From contig NC_068991.1 in assembly GCF_001194135.2 (NCBI RefSeq), positions 7,978,924 to 8,042,923 of the forward strand: 64,000 bases of DNA, written 5' to 3'. This document shows, piece after piece, positions 22,746 through 35,864 of the stretch (the first letter of the stretch is position 1; each line of letters opens with the position of its first letter). The notes beneath the pieces were generated by a model, which made no database searches, had not been told where the DNA came from, and saw nothing but the letters and a program-made list of their open reading frames with translations. The DNA comes from Octopus bimaculoides. Its lineage: Eukaryota. A program made the position numbers and the translations under genes.

Positions 22746-23434
22746 GTATATATGGGTGTATGTATTTTTGTAATGCTTATATAAAAATGACAACTAAGCA
22801 TATATATATATATATAACAAGAAGTACTGTATGACTGCATTTTGTTGAAGGGTTACCAGGTTCATGAGAACTTCGGACCCTTGCACTTCTGACTTGAGCC
22901 ATTAAAGCTCCACACTACTCACACACATACACAGGCTCCTCATTGTGTTGACATACAACTTATGTAGCTACAGACATTGCTATTATGCTGATGCTATTAT
23001 TGTTGCTGCCAGTTGCTTATTAAAAGTTGGAGGGTTGGTAGGGGTGGTGCATTTGATTATATTGGTTTTGGTGATGGTGATGGTGATGGTAGTCATGTTG
23101 TTCTTGTTAATCTTATTGTTGTTGCTGCTTGGTTTTAAGTCATTCTTCTTTGGCCTGAGATTAAAAACCTTGCATTCAACATTTGAAATGCACTAGAAAA
23201 CCACCTTATCTCATGCAAACTTTTTAATCTTGGACAAAGTTTATATTCTTTTATTTATTTCAGTCATTTGATTGCGGCCATGCTAGAGCACTGCCTTAAT
23301 AATATTGTTCATATTGTTGTTGTTGGTCAGCAAGGAGTTGGAAGAGCTGGTGTTTGGTAAAAACATTGGTTGTATTAGTTTTTGTGTTGATGCTGGTTGT
23401 GTTGGTGATGATGATAGTGATGGTTGTGAAGCTT

Positions 23435-23470
23435 CACACACACACACGCACGCACGCACGCGCGCGCGCG
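23435..23470. repeat. Alternating purine-pyrimidine tract (CA)n(CGCA)n(CG)n
   Basis: cacacacacacacgcacgcacgcacgcgcgcgcgcg. Confidence 0.9.
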
Positions 23471-23639
23471 GCGGAACTCCAGTTTTTGTTAGATTCTTAA
23501 GAGTGAAATTACATACTGTATCCTGAAATTAGTGGTTACAATTCCCATATGCACAAAGTCCCATAACCTGAAGCTTCTGTAACACAGGAGATGTCTATGT
23601 ACATACATTTTATATATTATCTCTATAAAGATGTATATC

Positions 23640-23875
23640 TTCATAAAGATATATCTATATATCATCATCGTCATCGTAATTTTCCATGCTCAAATGGATC
23701 ATATGGAATTTGTTGCCAACTCTCACCTGTTCCCAAGTAAGGTTATATTTCCCCATGACCAGACATGTCATGGAAGATTGGAAATGACGAACATTGCTTT
23801 CATGATCGTGAAACTCGTTTACAACTATCGTGCGAAGTCAAAGGCTTGGAGACAGTAACATACGCACCACACATA

Positions 23876-23928
<53 letters not shown>

Positions 23929-24090
23929 TGATATATGTGACATACTTCATCCAGTTTCCACCAACGATCTCTACGCACAGGGCATTGGTTGGCCCAGGGC
24001 TATAACAGAAGTCATTTGGCCAAGGTGCCATGCAGCAGGACTGAACCTGAAACTATGTGGTTGAAAAGTGAGCTGCTTAACCATACTGCC
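23640..24090 (-). mobile_element. SINE A variant with the alternative (GAT)n-ending 3' module
   Basis: SINE A head at ~23975-24090 (-), internal (GT)n, then the 3' module ..ggggaaatataaccttacttgggaacaggtgagagttggc..catggaaaattacgatgacgatgatg. Confidence 0.7.
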
Positions 24091-24442
24091 ATATATANNN
24101 NNNNNNNNNNNNNNNNNNNNNNNNNNNNNNNNNNNNNNNNNNNNNNNNNNNNNNNNNNNNNNNATATATATGAGAGAGAGAGAGAGAGATAAATAGATAG
24201 GTAGATATGTCCATATACACACACGAGCATACATACATACATACAAATACAACGTTTATATACAAACGTATCTTTAAATTCTTAACCGAAATTCTAAGTA
24301 GACTAGTCATGAAATAACGGACTCAATACTTGTGATGTACAGCATAGAATATTTATCTTCATGTCTGTGTGTGAGCGCATGCGAGTATGTGTGTACACCT
24401 ATATATTTATAATTAATAGTTTCGATGTATTGCAAAAATGGG

Positions 24443-24490
<48 letters not shown>

Positions 24491-25999
24491 ATGTAAATAT
24501 ATACATATATATATATAGAGAGAGAAAGAGATAGATAGATAGATAGACAGATTGATAGATAATTTTTACAATACATATCGAAATTATATTGTTATTATTA
24601 CTTTTATTGATATGTATTGTTTAATTCAAAAGCCATTCATCCTAGAAGCGGGGGGAAAGGAAAGCAAGAATTATTATAGCCAGCCATAACAAATTGTCTT
24701 AAGCCGTCTCCATCTATAGGATGAGTCAACGCTGTTCTATGCTTTACCATTTATGGTAGTTACCGCGCTTTTCCTAGGACTTTTTTTTAGGGAACCTATC
24801 ACATTCACCCCTTATATGCGAGAAATCTGTGTCTAGACTTATTGGTATGGAAATAAAAAAAACAAATGCTTTCCTGTACGGATGCTGGAAACTAGCTTTT
24901 TTTTTTCCTTTCATATGGAAGTAGACTCTTTACTAAGGAATTAAAGTAATGCGTGTTAAAGATACTAAGTTATTTGCGTGCGCTTGGGAAAAATAATTTC
25001 TATATCTTTCTATATGTACACGCATTATTATTTTTGTATAATAACTCACTGACCGCTATTTTCTCTTCGCAAATTGCAAAGTGATAATCATTTGTGCCAC
25101 AACAATTTTTGTTTCAGCCAAATTCTAGTCTATTATGGTCGAATATAAAAGGCGATGCAAGAGATCGTTGCAGACTAGCATCTCTGCTGCTGTTAAAGTA
25201 TATTTTTGCCTTGTTTAATATATACCATGTCCTTTCATGTACGTATAACAATAAAATTGCCCAAAACCAAGCTATTTCATGCTGAGATTTAATGACCGGT
25301 ATTGTCTGAGATACTCGCAAATGTATTTCTATGTTACTTGCACCTGTCCGTGTGTTTGTAGTTGTATCCGCTTCTATATTCCTTCCTTCTTTCTCTCTGT
25401 CACTCTGTAAATATGTTTTAGGAAAATGGCTTTGTTCTTGTTTATCTGCTTTTGAGTATGTTTGTGTGTGTGTGTGAGTTGGGGGCTATGTATGTATGCA
25501 TGCATGTCTGTATGTATGTATGTATGTGTGTGTGTGTCATTGATCTCGATTAGGTGGGCTGTATGTGTGACTGCTGTCTCATTTTTTGATTTGCGGTTCG
25601 TAAAGAATTCATTGAAAATTTTAAGAGAAATTAAAGAGTATAACGCGTTGATAGAATACGTATTTATTTATGGTCGTTGGAGTCCCTAAAAGTGAAAATC
25701 AACAGTGTTAACAAAGTCCCACTGCATGACAACAAGGGTGGTTGTTGATTAGGGTACAACACACAGGTTGTATGCAGTGTGTTGTTCACGCCAAACGTGT
25801 TCATTATGTCGATCACGGCGACACATTTGATCACAAATAATACACTGCAGATTGGACTTTCCCTCAAATATCATTGTCTCTTCCTGTTTTATAAAGATGA
25901 AGGGAGTTATAGCTACAGTCACACTGTAGTATTGCTTTCTACCTCAGTGGAATAGTTGTTGTGGCGTGTGTTATTTGTATGTGTATGTGTGTAATGTCT

Positions 26000-26435
26000 C
26001 TGACATTCAGGAAGTGACACTGTTCACTGCCCTACTAGACGGCGGTTTGAGAGATAACAAGCTAGGAGGGGTTACACAGATTAGATTAGAGAGAGAGAAA
26101 AAGGAGAGAGATAGAAAGCAAGGTGAAGTGACTGGAAGTCTTTGTGTATCATTTCAGGTCTGCCGTCACCTCCCCCGCCAATCATTCCCCCCCCCCATCG
26201 CGTAGCGAGCCTCCGCCGTCGCCCTGCTGTTAGTTGCACCGCCTTCGCCGCCGCCTTACTGCTGTCTACTCATTGTACAGTCAGTGCTTTTTCATTCACT
26301 ACCAGTTCTGTTGTCTCTTTACCCGGTGCTTGTTGTGGACGGCGTGGTTCTCAACAGAGGACGGGGCCCTCGCTATATTGCTAACGGCGTTACTATATTT
26401 CTGACAAACAACCAATCTGTTAATTATTAAAAGGT
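26000..26435 (+). promoter_or_regulatory. Putative promoter and first (5' UTR) exon of an unidentified host gene
   Basis: Local GC/CpG peak not explained by any repeat. ETS-like CAGGAAGTG at 26008-26016, GC-box-like CCCCGCC at 26172-26178 next to CCAAT at 26178-26182, Inr-like TCATTC at 26292-26297, candidate donor AAG|GTAGTG at 26433/26434. Strand and TSS are inferred. Confidence 0.5.
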
Positions 26436-29400
26436 AGTGTACATTAATTAATTCTTTTTCATTCAACCATGTTTTAAATATAGCCAGATTTCTTCTGCTC
26501 CAGTTTTTCTGATAAGTTGTTTGTGTTTTGTTGTTTTCCAACCCTCTCTTTGTATGTATTTTTCTCCAGAGAAGAAAATGTCAAAAAGACACAAACAAAA
26601 CCTCCTGAAAAATACATTGTCTTTTAAAGTATAGCGATTAATTTAATGTAGAATTTAGTGTTTGTTACTAGATATCATCTCATTTCATTTCTTTTATTAT
26701 TACTACTATTTTTTTCATTTATGGAAAGTAAGTCGCTGTAATGATATATCGTAAAATAATAAGAAAATAGTCGGTAATTTTTTGCCGCTTGACAGATATC
26801 GAATTGAAAGTAAGAAAGAACCACAATCTATATAAACTAATATAAAAATTGATCTGTATTTCTATAGCCAGGTTCCATTGTTTTTTCATGTTTATTCCGT
26901 TTAAAATGCAATGGAAAAAGTAGATTTTTTTGAAAGGAAACGGTTAAAAAAATGCGTAGTGTTTTACTGAAAATGTTTAAACATCTTTAGATTTCGCAAT
27001 TAAAAATATTTGAAAGGAATAATTAAATATTTATCGTTTAGCGCGCTGAGTTACTGAAAATTCCAATTTGGTAATTTTCCCCTTATATTGAGGAACGTAA
27101 TTAAAGCTACCAATGCTTTTAACAACTTCTACTATTTTGATCGATTTCTCTAGCCAAAGCCCAGTATTACTTCTATTTCCTTAACAGTCTTCCTCTGTCA
27201 CTAGAACCTAATTAAACTGTGATTTTTGAAGTCTATTCCTAATTTTTGCTCTTGTTGACTATATCTGAAGATATGTCTTCTCACCCTCAACACCCCCCCC
27301 CACACACTCCTTTATTCATTGTTTCTTTATAATTTATAAGAACGAACATTTCCTTGTTAAAATTTTATCCTTTGTCTCAATAAAGGATCCTTTTGTATTG
27401 TTCAAGAATCAAAATTGCTCTTGAAAAAAAACAAAAAAACTAAGAAATAATACGGATTCTAAGTATTTATTTAGCAGTGCATTCATTCTAAAGAAAGAAT
27501 GAATGCTTATTAGGAAAAGCAAAATTTAATATTTTCTCTTTAACGCACTGTGATGCGTTGTAAAACTGATTTTGAGAAGGAAAAGATACTTTTTATTGAA
27601 ACCTAACAGCTGTATGTTAAAACTAACCAAATTTTTATTTCGTTAAAAATATTTTCTCCCATTTTTATGATTCAAAGAATTGGATTCTTATCAGTTGTCG
27701 GGAGGGAAACGTTTGGCATCTTAACTGATTCTCCACTCCCCCAAAACGAGATTCATTTTTTACTATATTTGTAACCCACACCTATATATGCATTTAAATG
27801 TTCATTTCCCTGTCCACATTCATCATCTTTACCACAATCCCCATCATGATCAAAATCAGCATCATTTAAAATTTCCTCCCATTCTTTGTTCATATTCCTG
27901 GTTTCACTCACCTCTTTCTTGTCTTTTTTATTTTCTTCTTTTATTAAACATTCTCTTAAATTCCATTTCTTGATTTTTCTCTAATTTTTGTTACACATTT
28001 CTCTTTCATGTACATGTCAGTCAAAGACCACGTACTTGCATGATGTCTGTTTCTGTTCAAAGCATTATTGATTCTTGCCTTGTGCCAACATGATGCTTAC
28101 TCAAAATAATAAATTGTACATAGAAGCAGTTTCTCTCTTCCATGCTATGCACCATTCTTTAGCTTTCTGCTATCAGCCACCATTTTGCAGCCCTGCAAGT
28201 GCAACTATATTGCACTTCACCAATTTAACATGTTTATTACACTCCTTCAGAATTTAAATCAGTCTTTTACTGGAATAGTCTAGAAATGAGGGTTAGCCAT
28301 ATGAATCAAATGATCTANNNNNNNNNNNNNNNNNNNNNNNNNNNNNNNNNNNNNNNNNNNNNNNNNNNNNNNNNNNNNNNNNNNNNNNNNNNNNNNNNNN
28401 NNNNNNNNNNNNNNNNNTATATATATATAAAAGTTTCATGACAAAAGAAATTTCTTTTAATACCCTTAGCATGATTGTTTAATTGCACCCCACTGGCACT
28501 CCCTCATATTTTTGCCAGATGCTGCCTCTTCCCATCATTTCATTGCAAAATAATTCATCTATTAGTTTAAGGAGAGACGAGGAACAGAAAGAGATCTGGA
28601 TTCTCCCTGACTCTGTTTTAGTCTTTTGCTGTATGTAAAATTTGTTATAAGGTTACAGCGTTTTTTTGTTTTTTTCCCCCCCACTTTTAAATCTTACAAG
28701 GATTGATTCATTAAGTGTACAAACACTTTTGATTCTTAAATAGATGTTGCAGTAATTTAATAATGAACATAGTGTAAAGTTATTCCTAGTCACGATTCTC
28801 TTAATAGCGCAATCAGTCATAATAGGGTTTGGCTACTGTTAAAGTTAACTCGTTGCTACCTAGCTATTCCTCAAATGGAATTAGACTTATTTGTCAGTAG
28901 TCTTCGGTTCACTTGTGTTCGGTAGGGTAGAGGGTTTTAAACATATTTCCTGTTGGTTAAATGCTAGATAGGAAACGGGGATAGGTTGGGTTCCATCCAC
29001 TATAGTAGCAGTGCTTTTTGCTATAGGTGAAATATTGGGCATGTGAGCTGATTGAAGTGGGTTTAACTGAGACATGAGATGAGGATGGGATTTCGACGTT
29101 TTGGTGCAGCACGAATGCTTAGTGTACAACTGGGATTGAGATTAAAAGATTAAATAAGCAGAGATTTTTCTTCTTTTTTTTTCTTTTTTGTTTATTATAA
29201 CAAGAGATGAAGAGAAGATAAGTCACTGGCATATTTTTGGATATTTGAGCATGTTTATTAAAGGTGGAGTCTTTATCAATGAAAGATTATTTCTGTCTGG
29301 TAAGAATTTAAAGAGCAGAATTTTCCTTTACTCTAATTCCGTTGAGACTTACACAGATGCATGTTCGAATCATTTGAAATGCAGGATACATGGTGGTGGT

Positions 29401-30074
29401 CGTCTATAACCTAAAGGTTTAGCTTTAAACCGAAAGTGAACACACGCTTTTGTACGAATGTTTTTCAGCAACAGAGAATGGTTATTTGATAAATATAATC
29501 TTTATTTTATTTTCTTTCCATTATCGATTAGCAGAAAATATTATAAATGATTTCATTGGTGTATATCATATTCAATGGTGAAATATGATTGTGCTGGTAG
29601 CTATTTATAGTAAGAGAGTGTTTTAATTATTCATTATCTTGAGAGAATTTTTTTTTTATATATGTTATTACCACAGTTCGAAATATTTTATGAATTTCTA
29701 TACTTGCGTGACTTTTTTCTTTATTCATTTGATACCTCTTAGACTAGCCTTTGTGAGCAAGTATTATAATTCACCTCAAGTCAGCAACACAAGGCTTGTT
29801 GAATCACCAGGAGACCTTCTATATAGTAGCTCAACACACTAGAAATAGCAACCAACTCTTCCTTAGAATACAGCTTACTGTCTTAAGGAAAGAACGTATT
29901 AGATCATGTGAGTTTGATCTTGCTAAATATTACTACATACTAGTCTCAGGAGATGGTCATGGCCGGATTACCTTTGATTATTAGTTCTGTTGAAGACAAC
30001 ATTAGGCTTGTATTAAGCTCTATATACATCCCGGCAACTATTCACTCATTGTGCCTTATTTTAGATCTTATACA

Positions 30075-30430
30075 GTATGGCTGTGCTGTAAGAAGTTTAC
30101 TTCCCAACCACATGGTTCTAGGTTCAATCCCACTGCCTGGCATCTTGGGCAAGTGTCTTCTACTATAGCCCCAGGCCAACCAAAACGAAGTCTTGGGAGT
30201 GGATTTGGTAGATGGAAACTGAAGAAAGCCCATCATGTGTGTGTGTGTGTGTGTGTGTGAACATGTTTCTGTCTCTTGGTCTTGTCATCATGTAATAGTT
30301 ATAAATGATTCTTGCTGTCATGCAAATGGTGTCATTCGTTCTGAATATTCTACAAGAACATGTCTAGCCATGAGGAAGTATTTACCTTGCTTTGAAACAA
30401 GTGTGGGTTGGTAATTGGCATCCAACCTAT
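30075..30430 (+). mobile_element. SINE A variant (head, microsatellite, alternative 3' module)
   Basis: tggctgtgctgtaagaagtttacttcccaacc.. head followed by (GT)n and ..gaggaagtatttaccttgctttgaaacaagtgtgggttgg.. Confidence 0.7.
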
Positions 30431-30444
30431 GCATGCATGGAAAA

Positions 30445-30460
30445 ATGGATATTTAAATAA

Positions 30461-30501
<41 letters not shown>

Positions 30502-30504
30502 CAT

Positions 30505-30537
<33 letters not shown>

Positions 30538-30556
30538 CATACATATAGAGATATAC

Positions 30557-30587
<31 letters not shown>

Positions 30588-30685
30588 GATAGATAGATAG
30601 ATTGATATACATATACACACACACACACATGTATGTATGTATGTATATATGTATATATGTATGTATGTATATATATATATGTATG

Positions 30686-30730
<45 letters not shown>
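30445..30730. repeat. Compound (TA)n/(CA)n/(GATA)n/(TATG)n microsatellite
   Basis: Seen directly in sequence. Confidence 0.9.
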
Positions 30731-30732
<2 letters not shown>

Positions 30733-31597
30733 CCTTGTTTATACTTCCACTACTCTTACACTTAATTAGTGGTCTTTGACTTGGTTACTTCTTATAGGAT
30801 TGCCTTTCAGCAACTTCCTATCCTTAGTCACATCCCAATCTTAAATACTTTAGATTTTCCTTTTCCTACTACTGCTATTCTCATTTCTCATCCCCAAATA
30901 TGTAAAAAGAAAAAGAAAGAAATCCATTATACATTTTCATGTTTTGTTAATTCTTCTTGAATCTTCCTTCTTCTTTATCCTCATCGTCATGTTATCGCTT
31001 TCACATGGGTCGTTTGGAATTTGTTGAGGCAGATTTTCTGCAGCTCGATGCTCTTCCAGTCACCAACCCTCACCTGTTTCCAAGGGAGGTAATATTTTCC
31101 CATGACTCGACACATTTTAATGGAAGTTGGGAATGGATGATACTGCTTGTATGAATAGTGAGACCCATTTACAGCTATCTCGTGATACGAAGAGAAGGAG
31201 ACATTCACCCACACATACAGACAGATATGACGGACTTTTTTCTTTTAGTCTACTAAATTCATTCTCTTAGCTTTGATCAGGCCTGGGTTATAATGGAAAA
31301 TACTCAAGTATCTTCCACTTACAGTCTAGGGCCAACCAAAGCTTAGCGAATGCATTTGGTTGACTGAAGCTGAAGGAAGCCATGCAGTGGGATTGAACCT
31401 GAAACCATGTTGTCGGGAGGCAAATTCTGCTTATGTTTTTTTTTTCTTTTTTGGACTACGGCCATTCTGGAGTACTATTTTGAATGAATTAACCCCAATC
31501 CTTATTTTTCTAAGCATGTTACTTATTCTATTGCTTTCTTTTGATGAACTGCTAAGTTATGGGGGATGTAAACACACCGTCACCAGTTGTCAAGTGG

Positions 31598-31896
31598 CAA
31601 GGGCGAATGGAGTTATGTGTTATGGGCATGTGTTGAGGAGGGATGAAGAGCATGTTCTGAGGAGGGTAATTGCGTTTGAGGTAAATGGAGCACGAAGGTG
31701 AGGTCGACTGAGGAAAAGGTGGAGGGGACAGGTGAAGGAGGAGATTGTGAGGGTTGGTTTGAGAAAGGAGGACGCCCAATACTGGGCAAGATGGCGAGAT
31801 GGTGTGAGGGCGGTTGCTATGGCTTTGAGGTAGATCTGGCCACCCCTGTTAATGGGGACAAAACCCGGATTTAAAACACTGGATGATGATGATAAT
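31598..31896 (+). mobile_element. 5'-truncated RTE-type LINE 3' end inserted inside a SINE A copy (31430-32060)
   Basis: Reads YGHVLRRDEEHVLRRVIAFEVNGARR*GRLRKRWRGQVKEEIVRVGLRKEDAQYWARWR, matching the RTE C-terminal W.GHVLR..GRP..W..WR pattern. It is followed by a short 3' UTR and (GAT)n. AGTGG is repeated at 31593-31597 and 31897-31901 (putative TSD). Confidence 0.8.
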
Positions 31897-32946
31897 AGTG
31901 GTAGTGGGAGATAAACACATGTACACACACACAATGGGCTTCTTTCAGTTTCCATCTACCAAAGCTATAGTAGCAGACACTTGGCCCAAGGTGCCCTGCA
32001 GTGGAACTGAACCTGGAACCATGTAGTTGGGGTGTAAACCTCTTACCAAACAGCCATGCTTACCAAGTAATTGGCATACAGTTTACACAACCAAGTAATC
32101 AACATATGTTTTACTAATTATATAGTTGTTAATAAAGTTATTTAATTGGTTTGTGAATTTATCATTCCATAACTTAACCTCCCTCATTTCCCAAGCTTTG
32201 TGTCGCAATCAAAAGCACACATTTCTTGCTATTAAAGTTTAGTGTTTCTGCAATTCTAATAATTCCATTACCAGAGCAGCCTCGCTTAGAAGCCTGAGTT
32301 AATGAGAGAGTCTTTATGTGACCAGTTGACCTGCTAGAAACCACAGCCAAATCTCCTTGCTGTCTTTAGAAAATGAGAGATATTGAATAATGTAGCCTGG
32401 ATATGAGAAGGTGTGTAGCTTAGTGGCTCTTCTACAGAGAGAATAGACAAGGGGAGAAAAACTGAGAGAAAAAAGAACAAATGTATCTCAAATAGATGGG
32501 CTTCTTTTAGTTTCCACCTATCAAATCCACTCCCAATGGTTTGGTTAGCCCTGGCTACGGCTATAGTAGAAGACATTTACCCATGGTACTATGCAGTGGG
32601 ACTGAACCCAATGTCCCATGGTTGAGACACAATTGTTTTTAAACACAGATCAACTGTCCTATTTCTTTATATTGAGTCAGGGCACTTATCACATTTGATA
32701 TGATAGTGATACTCTTGATCCAGTTGAGATTTCTCAACATACATACATTGTGCATTATCTGTACTAGTTGCTCTATCTGCATGTAGTGCAAAGTTCTGAC
32801 TTGCTGTTCTCCTTTATCCTCTGTGCATTTGTCTGAACAAGTCCAAACTGTGCAATAACAACTCTTTCAGTCTTTAGCTTATCTGAGTTGAAACTTTTCT
32901 TATTTACATTCGACGGATATCTGTCCTCATCTTGTTTGTTGTTAAC

Positions 32947-33040
32947 ACAACATTTTGGCTGATATACTCTCCAGCCTTCATCAGGTGTCTTGGGGGAAAT
33001 TTCGAACCTGGGTTCTCATTCCTAAGGTATTTTTCGATGT
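32947..33040. mobile_element. Possible Penelope-like terminal-repeat fragment
   Basis: caacattttggctgatatactctccagccttcatcaggtg resembles the acgtttcgg..cttcatcagg terminal motif I associate with Penelope-like elements. Memory-based. Confidence 0.3.
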
Positions 33041-33284
33041 CCTCCTCCTCCTCCTCTGAATTAGTAAAATTAACAATTTATTTTTCTGAAGACAGATGCG
33101 CATCAAATGTTGTTATGCTCTTTCATTTCACTTTTGGTACTAAAAAAAACCCTTCGTCCCTGGCATAGAGAATCCTTGGTAGGTTTGTTTCACTGATATT
33201 TTCTCTTCCTCCATTCTCAGCCACCACACATCTCAGTGTCTTTCCCTTCTAAATCTTACTGTTAGGCTTTGAAGTACACAGAGT

Positions 33285-33611
33285 TTGAGCAGAAAGTTAC
33301 TTGAGAACAATGTTGTTGGTCAGCTGTTGTGAGCTCCTTGAGCCAAGATTTAGTTGAGATCAATGTTGTTGGTCAGCTCTATTGTGAGTAGAGCTCATTG
33401 AACAGAGGTTTAGTTGAGATCAGTGTTGTTGATCAGTTCTTTAGTGAGCAGAGCTCCTTGAGCAGGGATTTGGTTGAATGAATGTTATTGATCAGCTCTG
33501 TTGTAAGTGGAGCTCCTTGAGCAAAGAGTTAGTTGAGATCAATGTTGATTAGCTATTGTGAGTAGAGCACTTTGAGCCGAGACTTAGTGGAGATCAATGT
33601 TGTTGATCAGC
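33285..33611. repeat. ~60-bp minisatellite, about 6 degenerate copies
   Basis: Consensus approximately TTGAGCAGAGATTTAGTTGAGATCAATGTTGTTGATCAGCTCTATTGTGAGTAGAGCTCC. Units start at ~33285, 33338, 33398, 33458, 33517 and 33572. The consensus unit has stop codons in all six frames. Confidence 0.9.
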
Positions 33612-34559
33612 CGTGTGATGATACTCCTCAATTAACTTCTGATCCAGTTTCATTGATCACATCAGTAGTTCTTATTCATCCTCATATAATTTTGTCTACC
33701 CTATTAAACTTCTAACCATTAGGTCTGTCTCGGATTAGACAAATTAAGGTAGAGATAAGCAAACTTTACATCAGTTCAAATATGTAAGTGACATATTTGA
33801 TCTGTAAAATGGTATTTTCACTGCGATTTGCCATGGAGAGATATTTTCACTTAAGGCAATGGGTTAGGTGGTACTCTGAACTGACTTTGGTGTGCTTATA
33901 CCTTTTACCTTAAGTGAGAATTTTTCTTTGTAGCAAATTACAATGAAAATGCTTTTCAGCAGGTTGAATATACCTCAGACTACTGATTTAAAGTTTACTG
34001 TTTGTTTTACCCCATTGCTTTATGTGCCAGCAATATATAAGGTAAAAACTAAAAGCAGTATTTCTTCCAACTTCACACTCTGAGTTCAAATGCTGTGAAA
34101 GCCAACTCTGCCTTTCGTCCTTCTGGGGTCAATAAAATAAGTAGCAGTCGGCCTTATGCCAAAATGCAAAACCAATATATAAGGTAGAGACATTCTTATT
34201 CCTAGATACATTTTTGTCTTTGGAATTTGATATTCCTCGCCTTAATTCAATTTAAAAATATTTGCGATATCTGTCTTTTCTCTTATTTTATCCTCTTTCC
34301 TCTCTCTCTTTCTTTGATTTTATATTCCTTCTTCCTCCTTCTCCTCATTCTTTTCCTCCCCCTTTTCTTTTGTCTTTTTTTTTGTTCTTCATTTTCTTCC
34401 TCTACATATTATTATTACTTAGTCTATTATTTCCTCTATATCATCTTAGCAAAAGCTTTGCTTTTTTTTTTGTTTTTTTTTATTCCTCTTATTCTAAATG
34501 GTGTGTTTTAACCAACCTTATCTCTCCGCTCCATTTAGAGTAAGCCGTTTCTTTTGATT

Positions 34560-34591
<32 letters not shown>

Positions 34592-34694
34592 CTCTCTTTT
34601 TGTTAATAATCTCCTTTACACAATGGAGTTATTCCTGATGCACTCAAATGAGAAGTTTTGCCTCCCAAATGATTCCATTAGACCAATTGTTCTT

Positions 34695-35059
34695 TTGTCG
34701 TCATCGTCATCATCATCATCATCACCATCATTGTCAGCATTTTCTTCATCATTGTCTTCATCATCACCATCATCGTCATCATCATCATTGTCAGAATTTT
34801 CAACATCATCATTTTGTCATTATCATTATCTTCATCATCATCATTGACATCATCCTCATAATCATCATCACTGTAATCATTATCATCAGCATCATCCTCA
34901 CCATCATCATTATCATTGTCTGTGTCTCATCATCATAATTATCATTATCGTCATCATCATTATCTTCATCACCAGCATCATCATTGCCATTATCTTCATC
35001 ATATCATTGTCATCATCTTCATAATGGTAATCATCAGCATCATCATAATCATCGTCAGT

Positions 35060-35112
<53 letters not shown>

Positions 35113-35155
35113 CTTCGTTGTTGTCGTCTATCTTCATCATCGTCATTTTGTCATT
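34695..35155. repeat. Long degenerate (CAT)n trinucleotide tract
   Basis: Seen directly. Source of the poly-H/I/S/D ORFs. Confidence 0.9.
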
Positions 35156-35864
35156 GCTATTATTTTCATTTCCATAAGACAGTGTTATTTTGTGACACAG
35201 TCGATAGCAGTCTAGTCTAGTCTAGCCTAGATTAGATAAATGCTTTCCTGTTATCTCTTGTTCTGAATTTAATTCTTGGTTAAAAAGACTTGATAAAATA
35301 TATACAGTAATGTCTCAATATGTGAGTTAACTTGTTCCCAAGACCCCCTCATAAAGCGCAAACTCGGTAAAGAAGAGCAAGAATTTTCCATAGTAGTAAT
35401 GTTATAAATCATAATTTGTTCCCAGAAGAATATTTTACCTCTAAAATTTGTAATACTCACAAATAAATGGCAATGAAACAACAGCAGAATGTAAAGGATA
35501 TTTTATGTAAAGTAAATGTAATTGTTTTCTGAATCACTTTCATTTGCACTAGACCTGTGTTTCTCAACCTTTTTACCCTTTCGTAACCCTTAAAATAAAT
35601 TACATCTATCAAAGAACCCCTGCACAAAAAGATTATATATCTTTCTATATCTTTCTCATACTTTTTCCATCGTAGTTCATGTGGTAAATATCATATANNN
35701 NNNNNNNTCCTCCTCCTCCTAAAGACCAGAAAAGAGAAAAAAAAAAAGGTTGGGAAAAATAAAGAAACAAATAAAAAACAAGATGGGATAGTCAGAGCTA
35801 GAGTACTCATGAACAAAGATCTGTTGAAGCAGGAAGCTGAACCTAAGCATAAAGCAATTGTAAT

